A DNA stretch of 64,000 bases from Nannocystis bainbridge (GCF_028368995.1 NZ_JAQNDL010000002.1:1632001-1696000), one strand, 5' to 3'; shown: positions 33,190 through 44,661, counted from the first letter of the stretch. The notes: generated by a model from the letters alone, not told the origin. Translations and numbers: made by a program.

Positions 33190-34113
33190 TCAAGCGAGCG
33201 GCTTGCCGACGCGCGCGCAGTGCCCGAGGTGGGCCTTGAGGTACTTGCTGGGCAGCTCGCGGGCGAGATGCCCGCCGAGCCGCGCGCTGATGGCCACCAG
33301 CCGGTCGAGATCGATCCCGGTGCGGCAGCCCATCCCGTGCAGCATGTACACCACGTCCTCGGTCGACACGTTGCCCGACGCCCCGGGCGCGTACGGGCAG
33401 CCGCCGAGGCCGCCGATCGCCGAGTCGACCGTGCGGATCCCGAGCTGCAGCGCCACCGTGATGTTGGCCAGCGCCGTCCCGCGCGTGTCGTGGAAATGGA
33501 CCGCGAGCTGATCGAGGCGGACCCCCGCGTGCAACAGGCCGTCGAGGATGTACTCGACCTGGCGCGGCGTGCCGACGCCGATCGTGTCGCCGAGGCTCAG
33601 CTCGTAGCAGCCCATCTCGAGCAGGCTCGAGCCGACGCGCAGCACCTGCTCGAACGGCACCTCGCCCTCGTAGGGGCAGCCGTACACCGTGCTGACGTAG
33701 CCGCGGACCGTCATCCCGCGGGCGCGCGCCTCGGTCACCACCTCGCGGTAGGTCGCCAGCGCCTCTTCCGTGGTCTTGTTGATGTTCTTGCGGTTGTGCG
33801 TCTGCGACGCCGCCATGAACACCGCGATCTCCTGCATGCCCGCGCGCGAGGCCGCGTCGAGGCCGCGCAGGTTCGGCACCAGCGCGCTGTAAGTGACGCC
33901 CGGCTTGCGACGGATGCGGGTCGCCACTTCCATGTGATCGGCGAGCGCGGGGATCCAGCGCGGGTTGACGAAGCTCGTCACCTCGATGCGCTTGACCCCG
34001 GCGTCGACGAGGCCCTCGATCATCTCGATCTTGCGATCGGCCGACAGGATCGTCGCCTCGTTCTGCAGCCCGTCGCGCGGCCCGACCTCGTAGATCGAGA
34101 CCTCGGGCGGCAT
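33190..34113 (-). CDS. Hydroxymethylglutaryl-CoA lyase
   Basis: EVGPRDGLQNE, HFHDTRG, GGLGGCPYAPGASGNVSTED. Confidence 0.95.
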   Translation of the reverse strand: MPPEVSIYEVGPRDGLQNEATILSADRKIEMIEGLVDAGVKRIEVTSFVNPRWIPALADHMEVATRIRRKPGVTYSALVPNLRGLDAASRAGMQEIAVFMAASQTHNRKNINKTTEEALATYREVVTEARARGMTVRGYVSTVYGCPYEGEVPFEQVLRVGSSLLEMGCYELSLGDTIGVGTPRQVEYILDGLLHAGVRLDQLAVHFHDTRGTALANITVALQLGIRTVDSAIGGLGGCPYAPGASGNVSTEDVVYMLHGMGCRTGIDLDRLVAISARLGGHLARELPSKYLKAHLGHCARVGKPLA

Positions 34114-34171
34114 CGATCCGAACAGGCGCGTCGGCTCGACGGTGTCGGTTCCGGAGGGACGTGCGGACGAA

Positions 34172-34780
34172 TCAGTCACTGGCCTTGCTCCCGGGCGCCT
34201 GGGGGCGCAAAAGCTCGAAGCGATCCGTCGTGCGAGTGTACGCGATCCCGCCGAGGCGGCCGATCGACTGCAATTGCCCCGGGTCGATCGGCAGCAGGCG
34301 GCCTCGCGCATCGCGCCGCAGCAGCTCGCTGGCGACGGAGAAATGCACCACCTCGGCCACGACCAGCGTGGCTGACGGTTTTCCGGGGGCGCCGTCCCCC
34401 AGCGGAAGCGCGTGCACGAGCTTGCACTCGAGACAGGCCAGCGCTCCCACGACGCGAGGAGGCGCAACGACCGCAGCCGCCTCGGCCGCGATCGCGCACG
34501 CCTCCCACTCCGAAATCTCGGGCGAAAACGGCGCCGACGTGGCGTTCATCGCCGTGGCGAGGCCATCGGACACGTGGTTGATGACCATCTCGCGGGTCGC
34601 CAGCACGTTCGCCAGCGTGTCCTTCATGCGCCCGTCGGGCCACCACGACACGCTGAACACCACCATCGGCGGGTGCGAGCAGACGGCCTGGTAGTAGCTG
34701 AACGGCGCCAGGTTGCGGCGGCCGTCCTCGCTGACGCTCGACACCCACGCGATCGGACGCGGCGCGACCAGGTCGGTCAT
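34172..34780 (-). CDS. Flavin reductase (DIM6/NTAB) family protein
   Basis: VAPRPIAWVSS...NLAPFSYY...KDTLANV...IGRLGGIAY. Confidence 0.9.
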   Translation of the reverse strand: MTDLVAPRPIAWVSSVSEDGRRNLAPFSYYQAVCSHPPMVVFSVSWWPDGRMKDTLANVLATREMVINHVSDGLATAMNATSAPFSPEISEWEACAIAAEAAAVVAPPRVVGALACLECKLVHALPLGDGAPGKPSATLVVAEVVHFSVASELLRRDARGRLLPIDPGQLQSIGRLGGIAYTRTTDRFELLRPQAPGSKASD

Positions 34781-34917
34781 CAGCCGGTACGTCTCGGCGG
34801 CGCCGAGGCTCGGCGCGGGGATCTCGGTGTGTCCGGGGATGCTCTTGTGATTAGCAGAAAAGGCCGGCGACCTTCCGCGCCAGCCCCGTCTGGACCCTCA
34901 CATCCGCACCTGCGGCC

Positions 34918-36465
34918 TCACCTGGCCGAAGGGACAGACTCGACCGCGCCGCGCACGAAGCCTCGCGCTTCGTCCTCGACCGTGCGGAACACCACCAGCA
35001 TCCCCCGGTTCGACATCGTGTAGAAGCGGCCCAGCTCGGCGTCGTAGACCGGCGGGCCGGAGATCCCACTGCCGGTGTTGAGGTTGGCGAGGTACTCGCC
35101 GGTCTCGACGTCGTAGGCGAGCAGGCCGTCGTCGGAGTGCGCGATGAAGGCGATGTCCCCGACCACCAGCGGCGTCTGCACGAACCCGGGGTTCAGCTGC
35201 TGCCGCCAGCGCACGCGGCCGCCGTGCTCGAGCGCGAAGACCCCCTCGAGCGCCGACGCCACGATCATCAGACCACGCGGACCGGCCACCACCGTGCCCG
35301 CCCCGCGCAGCGGCCGGTACCAGCGCTGCAGCCCGTCGGCCAGCGCCAGCCCGTACACCCCGGTGCTCTGCCCGGTGACCACGAGCTCGCCGCGGTCGGT
35401 CAGGATCAGCGGCGTGCCGTCGGCGTCGACGAAGTCCCCGCCCGCCGGCGGCGCCGCGTTCGCCAGCCACATCGGCTCACCCGACTGGGCCCCGATCGCC
35501 GCGACCTTGCCGTTGCTGAAGCCGGTGAAGATCGTCCCGGTCGGCGGGCTCGATGGCGCACCGTTGGCCGCTTCGCCCCCGAGCACCGCGCCAGCGGGCG
35601 GCGAACCACTCGCCGGTGCGCTCGCCGAACCACTCGCCGCTGCGTTCGCCGGAGCGCTCGTCGAACCACTCGCCGACGCCTTCGCCCCGCCAGTCTGGAC
35701 CGGCACCGCGGTCTCGCCGTCGCCTGCGGGCGAATCGCCGGTCGTCTCGCTGGGCTCTTCCTCAGCCTCAGCCTCGGCCGGCTCGCCGAGCACAGCCTCG
35801 GCCCCGATCCCGGCGGCGGCGGCCGCCTGATCCGGCGTCTGCGTCACCACGCCTTCGCCCGCCAGGTACGACAGGCCCGCGTGCCCGTGGACCGTGAATT
35901 CGGTCGGGTACGGCTGCTCGTACTGCCAGCGCCACGCGCCAGTCTTCAGCTCGAGCGCGAACACCTGGTCGCGCGAGTTGACGACGAACACCGTGCCCTC
36001 ACGGACCAGCGGCTCGTTGCGGATCGTGCCCAGCGTCGAGTAGCTCCACCGCGTCTTGCGGGTCTCGAGCTCGATCGCCAGCAGGTCGCCGTTGTCGGTC
36101 CCGAGCAGCATCAACTCGCCGTCGAGCGCCAGCTTCGGCACACTCGAGATCGCCCCCGGGAACTGCTGCTCCCACACGACGTCGCCGGTCTCCATCGACA
36201 GCGCCAGCAGCGAGCCGGCGCGCGTGCCGACGTAGATCAGCCGGCGGCCCGGATCCGGCGCCACGCCGGCGAACTCGTCGGGGTTGAGCACGCCGTAGTC
36301 GTGCAGCGCGATCTGCTGCACCCGGGCCAGCTCGAGGTTCGCGCGCGCCCCGGGCGTCAGCTCCGGGTGCGGCAGGACCGTGCGGGTCTCGCCGGCACAT
36401 GCCCCGAGGGACAGGGCCAAAGCGACATGTCCCAAGAGACAGTGGAGCCGGGCGGCGGGCGTCAC
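34918..36465 (-). CDS. PQQ-like beta-propeller lipoprotein (BamB-like)
   Basis: Lipobox LGAC, repeated ALxxxTGxxxW blades, GTGA-coupled to a YfgM-like gene (yfgM-bamB order). Confidence 0.8.
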   Translation of the reverse strand: MTPAARLHCLLGHVALALSLGACAGETRTVLPHPELTPGARANLELARVQQIALHDYGVLNPDEFAGVAPDPGRRLIYVGTRAGSLLALSMETGDVVWEQQFPGAISSVPKLALDGELMLLGTDNGDLLAIELETRKTRWSYSTLGTIRNEPLVREGTVFVVNSRDQVFALELKTGAWRWQYEQPYPTEFTVHGHAGLSYLAGEGVVTQTPDQAAAAAGIGAEAVLGEPAEAEAEEEPSETTGDSPAGDGETAVPVQTGGAKASASGSTSAPANAAASGSASAPASGSPPAGAVLGGEAANGAPSSPPTGTIFTGFSNGKVAAIGAQSGEPMWLANAAPPAGGDFVDADGTPLILTDRGELVVTGQSTGVYGLALADGLQRWYRPLRGAGTVVAGPRGLMIVASALEGVFALEHGGRVRWRQQLNPGFVQTPLVVGDIAFIAHSDDGLLAYDVETGEYLANLNTGSGISGPPVYDAELGRFYTMSNRGMLVVFRTVEDEARGFVRGAVESVPSAR

Positions 36466-37355
36466 GGGGTCGGCGCTCCCGGTGCGTCCATCACCTGGAT
36501 CGGCGATTCGGGCGTCGGTTGACCGGCCAGCGCCTGCGGGTCGAGCTCCTCCAGCCGCTTGCGCACGTCGTTCTGGGCGATCGACGGCTGCTGCAGCGGG
36601 TACTCGGCGATGTACTGGCGATAGACCTCGAGCGCGGCGTCGGTCTTGCCCTGGCGCTCGAGGATGCGGCCCTTCTGCCACAGCGCCATGTCGCGGTAGA
36701 ACGCGCCCTTCTGGCCGGCCAGCGTCTCGAGCTCGGCCAGCGCGCCGTCGAGGTCGTTCTGGGCCTCGCGCGCGAACGCCAGCCCCTCGCGGGCCGAGAA
36801 CAGCAGCGGATGACCGGCGCCGGCCTGGCCGAGGAACTCGCGGTACAGCGCCTCTGCGCCCGCCGGATCGCCGGCTCGCAGCAGCCCGGTCGCGCGCACC
36901 AGCTTGCCGTTGAGCGCCGCGTCGCTGCCGGCCGCCGTCGCGTCGAGCTCGTCGAGCGCCTTGGTGACCGCCGCCGAGCGCTCCGCCTCGTCCTTGACGA
37001 TCGGCGCCACCGGCTTGCCCTTGTTGGCCCCCAGCAGCAGCGCCGGATCGCCGACCTCGGCCTCCGACTCGTAGCGGGCCGCCGTCGCCAGCGACCGCGT
37101 CGCCGTCGCCGACGCCGTCTGCCGGCTGTTGTAGACCACGACGACGACGACGAGCACGGCCAGCGCCGCGACCACGACGCCGATCACCAGCCCGCTGCGC
37201 GCCTTGGCCGTGCGCCCTGCTTCCTTCACCCCGGTGACGAAAGCGTCCTCCTGCGGGCCGCCGTCGCCACCGCGACGCTTGCTGCGGCTGTGGTCCCACG
37301 TCGGCAGCTCCATGCGCACGCCACCGGTCGCTGGCGCCTTGTCTTCGTCGCTCAC
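36462..37355 (-). CDS. YfgM-like membrane-anchored TPR protein
   Basis: Single TM helix followed by TPR-like helices, upstream of the BamB-like gene. Confidence 0.75.
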   Translation of the reverse strand: MSDEDKAPATGGVRMELPTWDHSRSKRRGGDGGPQEDAFVTGVKEAGRTAKARSGLVIGVVVAALAVLVVVVVVYNSRQTASATATRSLATAARYESEAEVGDPALLLGANKGKPVAPIVKDEAERSAAVTKALDELDATAAGSDAALNGKLVRATGLLRAGDPAGAEALYREFLGQAGAGHPLLFSAREGLAFAREAQNDLDGALAELETLAGQKGAFYRDMALWQKGRILERQGKTDAALEVYRQYIAEYPLQQPSIAQNDVRKRLEELDPQALAGQPTPESPIQVMDAPGAPTP

Positions 37356-37756
37356 TGGGGCTGTCTACCGGGCCGTGGCGCCTTTGTCCACCATCGCCGC
37401 CCAGGCCCGCCCCTGACCGCTGTCGGGACTTCCCGCCCGCCCTCGCCGCACCTCGCGCAGGCCCCGGAGAAGCTCTGGAGAGCCGCCTTGGCGCCCTCTG
37501 CGCCAATGGCGCAACTCCTCGGGTAGCTGTTCCGGTGTGACTTCCATGAAGCAAGCGGCGATCGCCTCACGCGGCGCAGCCGGCCGGCCGACCGCAGCCG
37601 ATCGACCTGCCCGCCCTTCGGGGCCGGCCCCCGCGCCGCCGCGACGGAGATCCTGTCCCACAAGACATGTCCCCGAGGACATCACCGAGGTCGCTCCACC
37701 AGCGCAGGCGAACCCCGCGAAGGCCTCGCCTGCGCTGCGCACGGCCGCCCGCCCCG

Positions 37757-38542
37757 TCAGCTCGACGCCGACGTGTACCCCCGCACCGACCGCACCCACG
37801 CCAGGCGCGCCACCACCAGCAGCGTCGCGCTCACCGCGGCCAGCTGCGCCACGGTCCCCCACGACAGCCGGCCGAGCAGCGCCTCGGCCGGGTAGCTCGT
37901 CATCACCAGCAGCGGCACCACGAACGTGAAGAGCACCCGCAGCAGCGGCGGGAACACCTGCGCCGGCCAGCGCCCGAAGTCCATCAGCGCCTCCATCACG
38001 TGCGTCAGCGCCTGCAGCTGCAGCGCCTGGAACGACGCGCAAAGCACCAGCACCCCGAACGCGTAGAGCGCCACCACCCCCGCCACGCCGGTCGCCAGCC
38101 CGGCCGCCAGCCCCGCCGCCGTCACCTCCACCTCGCCCAGCCACAGCCCCGCGATTACCAGCGCCAGCCCGCCGACCACCTCGACCAGGTGCCACGGCTG
38201 GAACGCGCACGTCAGGCACAGCACCAGCCCGTCGGCCGGTCGCAGCAACACGTAGTCCAGCGTCCCCTTGAGGATGTGCGTCATGCTCGCGCGCAGCGCC
38301 GGCTGCAGCAGCGCCGTGAACGTCCCCGACAGGACGGTGAAGCAGCCCGTCAGCACCACCAGCTCCCAGCGGCCCCAGCCCTCGACCGCCCCGAGGTGCT
38401 CGACCGCGACGAACAGCGGCGCGATCCCGATCACGCTCCAAAGCAGCCCCAGGAGCCCCTCCGTCCAGAACCCGAGCCGGTACTGCAGCGCCGTCAGCGT
38501 GCTCATCTCGAGCTGCGCCCTCACCAGCCGCAGATAGAACAT
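37757..38542 (-). CDS. ABC-2 family transporter permease
   Basis: GTLDYVLLRP, WPAQVFP...FTFVVP...SYPA...YTSASS C-terminus. Confidence 0.9.
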   Translation of the reverse strand: MFYLRLVRAQLEMSTLTALQYRLGFWTEGLLGLLWSVIGIAPLFVAVEHLGAVEGWGRWELVVLTGCFTVLSGTFTALLQPALRASMTHILKGTLDYVLLRPADGLVLCLTCAFQPWHLVEVVGGLALVIAGLWLGEVEVTAAGLAAGLATGVAGVVALYAFGVLVLCASFQALQLQALTHVMEALMDFGRWPAQVFPPLLRVLFTFVVPLLVMTSYPAEALLGRLSWGTVAQLAAVSATLLVVARLAWVRSVRGYTSASS

Positions 38543-38733
38543 GGCCCGAGAGCCATGTCCTTTCGGACCTGCCCGGTCCGCCCCGCTCACGCGCCCCTCC
38601 TCGGAGCGGGATCGCATGGCCCCGAAGACATGCCCGAAAAGACATGTCCCAACAAACTCGTCCTCCTGTCCAAACGGACAGCCCGGGACGCGACCCAAAC
38701 GCGCTCAGTTAACCTGTCCGCCAGGACATGTCC
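38537..38733. repeat. Cluster of four short 14-bp-phased arrays between the two permease genes
   Basis: Junctions 38540/38554/38568, 38615/38629/38643, 38665/38679, 38713/38727. Confidence 0.88.
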
Positions 38734-38741
38734 CGCAGCGC

Positions 38742-39548
38742 TCACGCCCCGACCCCCTCGTACGCCCGCACTCCGCGCCGCCACAGCACGGTCGCCAGCG
38801 CGCCGAACACGGCCACCCACAGCGCCTGCAACAGGAGCCCGTGCGTCACCGCGGCCCCCGTCGCGCGACCGATCGCCAGCTCCACCGGGAACCCCAGCGA
38901 CGCGTGGAACGGCAGCGCGCGGATCACCTCCGCCAGCCCCGCGGGGTACAGGCTGGTCGGCACCGCCGCCCCCGACAGCACCAGGTAGAGCCCCAGCCAC
39001 ACCTCGAACAGCGCCGTCGACTCCGTGACCCAGAACGCCACGCAGCCGATCGTCACGTGGACCCCCAGGTTGAGCAGCCACGCCAGCGTCAGCGACAGCC
39101 CCAGCGCCAGCAGCGAGCCGGGGCTGGGCCACCCGAGCCCGCCCGTCAGCGTCAGCACCAGCACCCCGATCGGCAGCGCCAGCGCGCAGCGGATCGGCAG
39201 CGCCGCCAGGTTCTGGATCGCGTGGTAGAGCATCGGCGACATCGGCCGCATCAGCAGCGTGTTGAGGTCGCCGCTGCGGATCTGCGCCGACAGCTCCCAC
39301 ACCACCCAGCTGGCCGTGAACTGGCGGACCAGGAACGCCGCCACGAAGTACGCCACGAAGTCCGGGCGCGCGTAATCGCCGATCGGTCCCGACGCCGCCA
39401 GCCCCGACCACAGCGACAGCGACACCAGCGGGAACGTCGTCGTCAGCACCCACATCAGCATCGACACCCGGTACGCGATCGCCTCCGCCAGGCTGATCCG
39501 CCACACCGCCGCCATCACCCGCGTCAGGTGACCTGCCCGCTGGAACAT
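38742..39548 (-). CDS. ABC-2 family transporter permease (start 39515-39590 uncertain)
   Basis: AYRVS...IRSGDLNTLLMRP...LSGAAVP...LPF...YEGVGA. Confidence 0.9.
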   Translation of the reverse strand: MFQRAGHLTRVMAAVWRISLAEAIAYRVSMLMWVLTTTFPLVSLSLWSGLAASGPIGDYARPDFVAYFVAAFLVRQFTASWVVWELSAQIRSGDLNTLLMRPMSPMLYHAIQNLAALPIRCALALPIGVLVLTLTGGLGWPSPGSLLALGLSLTLAWLLNLGVHVTIGCVAFWVTESTALFEVWLGLYLVLSGAAVPTSLYPAGLAEVIRALPFHASLGFPVELAIGRATGAAVTHGLLLQALWVAVFGALATVLWRRGVRAYEGVGA

Positions 39549-39600
39549 GCCCCTTCGCGCATGTCCTTCTGTACCTGTCCTTTCACCCATGTCCGATCGG

Positions 39601-39605
<5 letters not shown>
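39529..39605. repeat. 14-bp-phased array between ABC ATPase and permease
   Basis: Junctions at 39532, 39546, 39560, 39574, 39588, 39602. Confidence 0.9.
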
Positions 39606-40589
<984 letters not shown>

Positions 40590-40593
<4 letters not shown>

Positions 40594-41081
40594 GCCTTGC
40601 CTCGCCGCGCCACCTGCTGCAGCGGCACGAAGGTGCCGACCTTCGTGCACGCGTTCAGGCCGAAGCTGCGGCAGACGTCCGGCCGCGCCACGTGGACCGT
40701 GCAGCCGGCCGCGAAGAAGCGGCACGGCCGCTCGCCGTTCGTGAGGTAGCCCGCCAGATCGTCCTGCTCCTCCTCGCTACCTTGCTTCGGATACAGGCCC
40801 AGCCCGCGGATCGTCGTGCCCACGTGGCGCGCCAGGCGGCGCGCGTCGGTGCGGGTGATCGGCACCCTCAGGCTGGTGCAACACGTCCCCGCGCAGCTGT
40901 GACACAGCGCCAGCGCGCGTGTCACGGCCCCGGTTTCCGGATCCACCGAGCTCTGCTCGTTCAGCGCCGTGACCGGGATCTTCGCCGCGCGCATCCGATT
41001 CGCCAGGCGCTGCAGCGCGACCAGAGGCACGTGGCCGACGTTCAGGTTCATCAGGGGCCCGAGGGGGTCGCGCGGCGGCAT
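40590..41081 (-). CDS. YkgJ-family cysteine-cluster (CxxCxxxCC) protein
   Basis: CHSCAGTCC...PCRFFAAGCTVHVARPDVCRSF. Confidence 0.85.
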
Positions 41082-41244
41082 CGTGGGGGCTGTAGCGCAC
41101 CTTGGAGCGTGACGCGAGCCTCGCCGCCCGGCGGGCTCGCGGACCCGCGCGGACTTGCTCCGGTGGTCGTCCCTGGCTAATCTCCTCCTCCGATCGCAAT
41201 CTCAGGCACCGTGGGACAGCTCCCACGGTCGAGGAGGCCGCCCC

Positions 41245-41973
41245 GTGACGTTCAACCAGCAACAGCAGCCGTATTACGCCGACCCCGCCACCCCCCAGGC
41301 CGCCCTCGCGGGCCGCGCCAAGTTCATCGAGCGCACGTACATCCACCTCGCCGGCGCGATCGCCCTGTTCGTCGCCCTCGAGTTCGTGCTCCTCCGGACA
41401 CCGGCCACCCTGAAGCTGGCGATGCAGATGACCGGCAGCCCGACCAGCTGGCTCGTGGTCCTCGGCCTCTTCATGTTGGTGGGCACCATCGCCACCCACA
41501 TGGCCCAGTCCGCCCGCTCCAAGCCGATGCAGTACCTCGGCCTCGGACTCTACGTGGTCCTCGAGGCGATCATCTTCCTGCCCCTGCTGCTCGTCGCGCA
41601 CATCCTGAGCGGGCCCGAGAACAACATCATCCTCACCGCCGGCGTGACCACTCTGGCCACGTTCGCCGCGCTGACCGGCATCGTCCTGGCGACCAAGCGC
41701 GACTTCTCGTGGATGCGCTCGGCCCTGATGATCGTCAGCTTCGGCGTCCTCGGCCTGATCGTCGCAAGCCTCCTGTTCGGGTTCTCCCTCGGGCTCGGCT
41801 TCACGATCGGCATGATCATCCTGGCCGCCTGCTACATCCTCTACGACACCTCCAACGTGGTGCATCACTACGAGGAAGATCAGTACGTCTCCGCCTCGCT
41901 GGCCCTGTTCGCCTCCGTCGCGCTGATGTTCTGGTACGTCCTCCGCCTGCTCATCTCGCTCAACCGCGAGTGA
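41245..41973 (+). CDS. Bax inhibitor-1/YccA family membrane protein
   Basis: GAGGAGG RBS before GTG, FIERTYIHL, seven hydrophobic helices, KRDFSW, ILYDTS. Confidence 0.9.
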   Translation: MTFNQQQQPYYADPATPQAALAGRAKFIERTYIHLAGAIALFVALEFVLLRTPATLKLAMQMTGSPTSWLVVLGLFMLVGTIATHMAQSARSKPMQYLGLGLYVVLEAIIFLPLLLVAHILSGPENNIILTAGVTTLATFAALTGIVLATKRDFSWMRSALMIVSFGVLGLIVASLLFGFSLGLGFTIGMIILAACYILYDTSNVVHHYEEDQYVSASLALFASVALMFWYVLRLLISLNRE

Positions 41974-41995
41974 GCCCCGCCCACCGCGGCGCCTG

Positions 41996-42033
41996 AACGG
42001 GCGCGGGTCTCCCCCGCGCCCGTTTCGCTTTCT
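41996..42033 (+). terminator. Probable terminator hairpin
   Basis: AACGGGCGCGGG-tctcc-CCCGCGCCCGTT then TCGCTTTCT. Confidence 0.6.
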
Positions 42034-42318
42034 CCGCCGCGGCGCACGCACGCCCGGCGACCGGCTTCGCTGGCCTCCTCGGATCTGGCTCGCCCGCCCC
42101 GCGCCGATCGCCGCGGCGCCGCACCTCCCGTTCCAGAGCACCGCCGCGCGCTCGAGTCCCTGCGCTCCGCTCGCCGCGGCGACTCTGCTCTACGCGTCGG
42201 TCCGGCGCGCCTCGCACGAACTTCGCGGGCCGCAGCTCGTGTCGCTGCGCTTGCTCGCTGCGGCGACTCACTTCTTCGCCCTTAAGTCACCACCGTCGAG
42301 CCGCTACAATCCGGAGTC

Positions 42319-44241
42319 TTGCCGCGCCTCCTCGTCGCCCTCGCCGCGTTCACCGTCACGGCCTGCTCCGCGCCTGCTCCGGCGACGCCGGTCGTCACCC
42401 CGCCGGCCACCGTCGTGCACCTCCCGACCGCTCCCCGTGCCGGCCGCGATCCGCACTCGTTCGCCCGCCCCGACGAGGTCCGCGTCGACGCCGTCGACCT
42501 CGACCTCACCGTCGATTTCGCGGCCCACGTCCTCCGCGGCAGCGCCACCCTCGCGCTCACCCGCACCGTCGCCGACGCCCCGCTGGTGCTCGACACCCGC
42601 GACCTGACCATCGAGCGCGTCGAGGCGCACCTGCCCGATCGGACAGACTGGGTGGCGACGACTCACGCGCTCGGCGGCACCCACCCCATCCTCGGCCAGG
42701 CCCTCACGATCGAGCTCCCGCCCGGTGCCGACCGCGTGCGCGTCCACTACCGCACCAGCCCCGCCAGCATCGGCCTGCAGTGGCTCGCCGCCGAGCAGAC
42801 CAGCGACCGCGCCGGCGAATTCCTCTACACCCAGTCGCAGGCGATCCACGCCCGCTCGTGGGTCCCGTGCCAGGACAGCCCCGGGATCCGCGTCACCGTC
42901 GCCGCCCGGATCGCCGCGCCCGCGCCGTACCGGGCCGTCATGGCCGCCGAAGAGCTGTCTCACGAGACAGGTCCCGAAGGACATGTCCTGAGGACCTTCA
43001 AGCTCGACCAGCCGATCCCGGCCTACCTGCTCGCGCTCGCCGTCGGCCGGCTCGACTCGGCCCCGCTCGGCCCGCGCACCGCCGTGTGGGCCGAGCCCGG
43101 CGTGCTCTCGCGCGCCCGCGCCGAGTTCGCCGACCTCGAGGCCATGCTGACCGCCGCCGAGGCCGCCGTCGGCCCGTACCGCTGGGGCCGCTACGAGGTG
43201 CTCGTGCTGCCGGCCGCCTTCCCGTTCGGCGGCATGGAGAACCCGCGCGTCACCTTCGTCACCCCGACGATCCTCGCCGGCGATCGCTCGCTCGTGTCGC
43301 TGATCGCCCACGAGCTGGCCCACGCCTGGTCCGGGAACCTGGTCACCAACGCCACCTGGCGCGATTTCTGGCTCAACGAGGGCTTCACGGTCTACATCGA
43401 GCGCCGGATCCTCGAGGCCATCTACGGCCGCGAGCGCGCCGAGGTCGAGGCCGTGCTCGGCCGCGAGCACCTCGAGATCGAGCTCGCCGACATGTCCGAA
43501 CGGCCAGGCGACCAGATCCTCCACCTCGACCTCGCCGGCCGCGACCCTGACGACGCCGTCACCGACGTCGCCTACGAGAAGGGCGCCCTGTTCCTCCGCC
43601 GGCTCGAGCAGGCCTACGGCCGCGACGCCTTCGACCCGTTCGTCCGCGCCTGGTTCGATCGCCACGCATTCACCGGCCAGACCACCGAGGCCTTCCGCGC
43701 CTTCCTCGACGCCGAGCTCAAGGCTCCGCTGCTCGCCGGACAGACCGCCCCCGACATCGATCTCTGGCTCGAGGCGCCCGGGCTCCCCGAAGACGCGCCC
43801 CGGCCCCAGGCGGCCAGCCTCACCGTCGCCGCCGACGCTGCGCGAGCCTTCGCGGCTGGCGGCAAGCCCGACACTCGCGCCTTCTCGCCCCTGCAGTGGA
43901 TCCATTTCCTCCGCGCCGTGCCGCTGGTCGAGGGTCCGCGCCCGGCCGCCGCGCTCCTCGCCGAACTCGACGCCGCCTACCACTTCACGACCACCGGCAA
44001 CGCCGAGCTGTTGTCCGAGTGGCTCGTCCTCGCCGCCCGTCACGGCTATCGCCCGGCCGACGCGCGGATCCGCGAGTTCCTCGTCGGCGTCGGCCGCCGC
44101 AAGTACGTCCTCCCGATCTACGACGCGCTGCTCGCCACACCCGAGGGCGCCGCGCTCGCGCGCGAGATCTTCGCGGTCGCCCGTCCGGGCTACCACGCGA
44201 TCACCCGCGGCAGCCTCGACGCCCTGCTCGGCGCGCCCTGA
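42319..44241 (+). CDS. M1-family aminopeptidase (leukotriene A4 hydrolase-like) lipoprotein
   Basis: DPHSF, PCQDSP, FGGMENP, HELAH...WLNEG, YEKG, VGRRKY. Confidence 0.95.
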   Translation: MPRLLVALAAFTVTACSAPAPATPVVTPPATVVHLPTAPRAGRDPHSFARPDEVRVDAVDLDLTVDFAAHVLRGSATLALTRTVADAPLVLDTRDLTIERVEAHLPDRTDWVATTHALGGTHPILGQALTIELPPGADRVRVHYRTSPASIGLQWLAAEQTSDRAGEFLYTQSQAIHARSWVPCQDSPGIRVTVAARIAAPAPYRAVMAAEELSHETGPEGHVLRTFKLDQPIPAYLLALAVGRLDSAPLGPRTAVWAEPGVLSRARAEFADLEAMLTAAEAAVGPYRWGRYEVLVLPAAFPFGGMENPRVTFVTPTILAGDRSLVSLIAHELAHAWSGNLVTNATWRDFWLNEGFTVYIERRILEAIYGRERAEVEAVLGREHLEIELADMSERPGDQILHLDLAGRDPDDAVTDVAYEKGALFLRRLEQAYGRDAFDPFVRAWFDRHAFTGQTTEAFRAFLDAELKAPLLAGQTAPDIDLWLEAPGLPEDAPRPQAASLTVAADAARAFAAGGKPDTRAFSPLQWIHFLRAVPLVEGPRPAAALLAELDAAYHFTTTGNAELLSEWLVLAARHGYRPADARIREFLVGVGRRKYVLPIYDALLATPEGAALAREIFAVARPGYHAITRGSLDALLGAP

Positions 44242-44278
44242 TCTTCACATGTCCTTCGGGACATGTCATTTTCGGCGC

Positions 44279-44312
44279 AAAAAAAAGCGCGCGTCAGTTG
44301 TCTGACGCGCGC
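44279..44312 (-). terminator. Strong intrinsic terminator (minus strand)
   Basis: GCGCGCGTCAG-acaa-CTGACGCGCGC followed by 8 T on the minus strand. Confidence 0.8.
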
Positions 44313-44661
44313 CGCGGCGGAGCACCCCCCAGTGCTCCGACGCACCACTACACAAGAATGTCCGAGACTCGACGAGACCCCCGCGGACTCCAGGGCGCGA
44401 CGATGACGTGCGCCCGTCGATGCAAGCGGTGTTCGGACCCCCCATACAACCCCCGCCGTGATCGGAAGTCGCGGGGCTCGGCGAGTTCGGACTGTGGACC
44501 GCGGCACTCTGCGCTGCCGCTCGGGCAGACGCGGAGAGGAAGAGCGCTCCGGGCGGACCCGAGGCGCGAGCTTCGTGCGTGGCTCACATCCCTTTCATGT
44601 CCGGAGCCTCGACCGTCCTTCACGGTCTTCGAAGATTTTTTTCGAGTCCGAAGAATTTTCT

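Noticed and set aside
35595-35680. Triple CGAACCACTCGCCG repeat in the BamB-like gene
   Set aside because: In-frame Ala/Ser/Gly linker duplication, unrelated to the phased motif.
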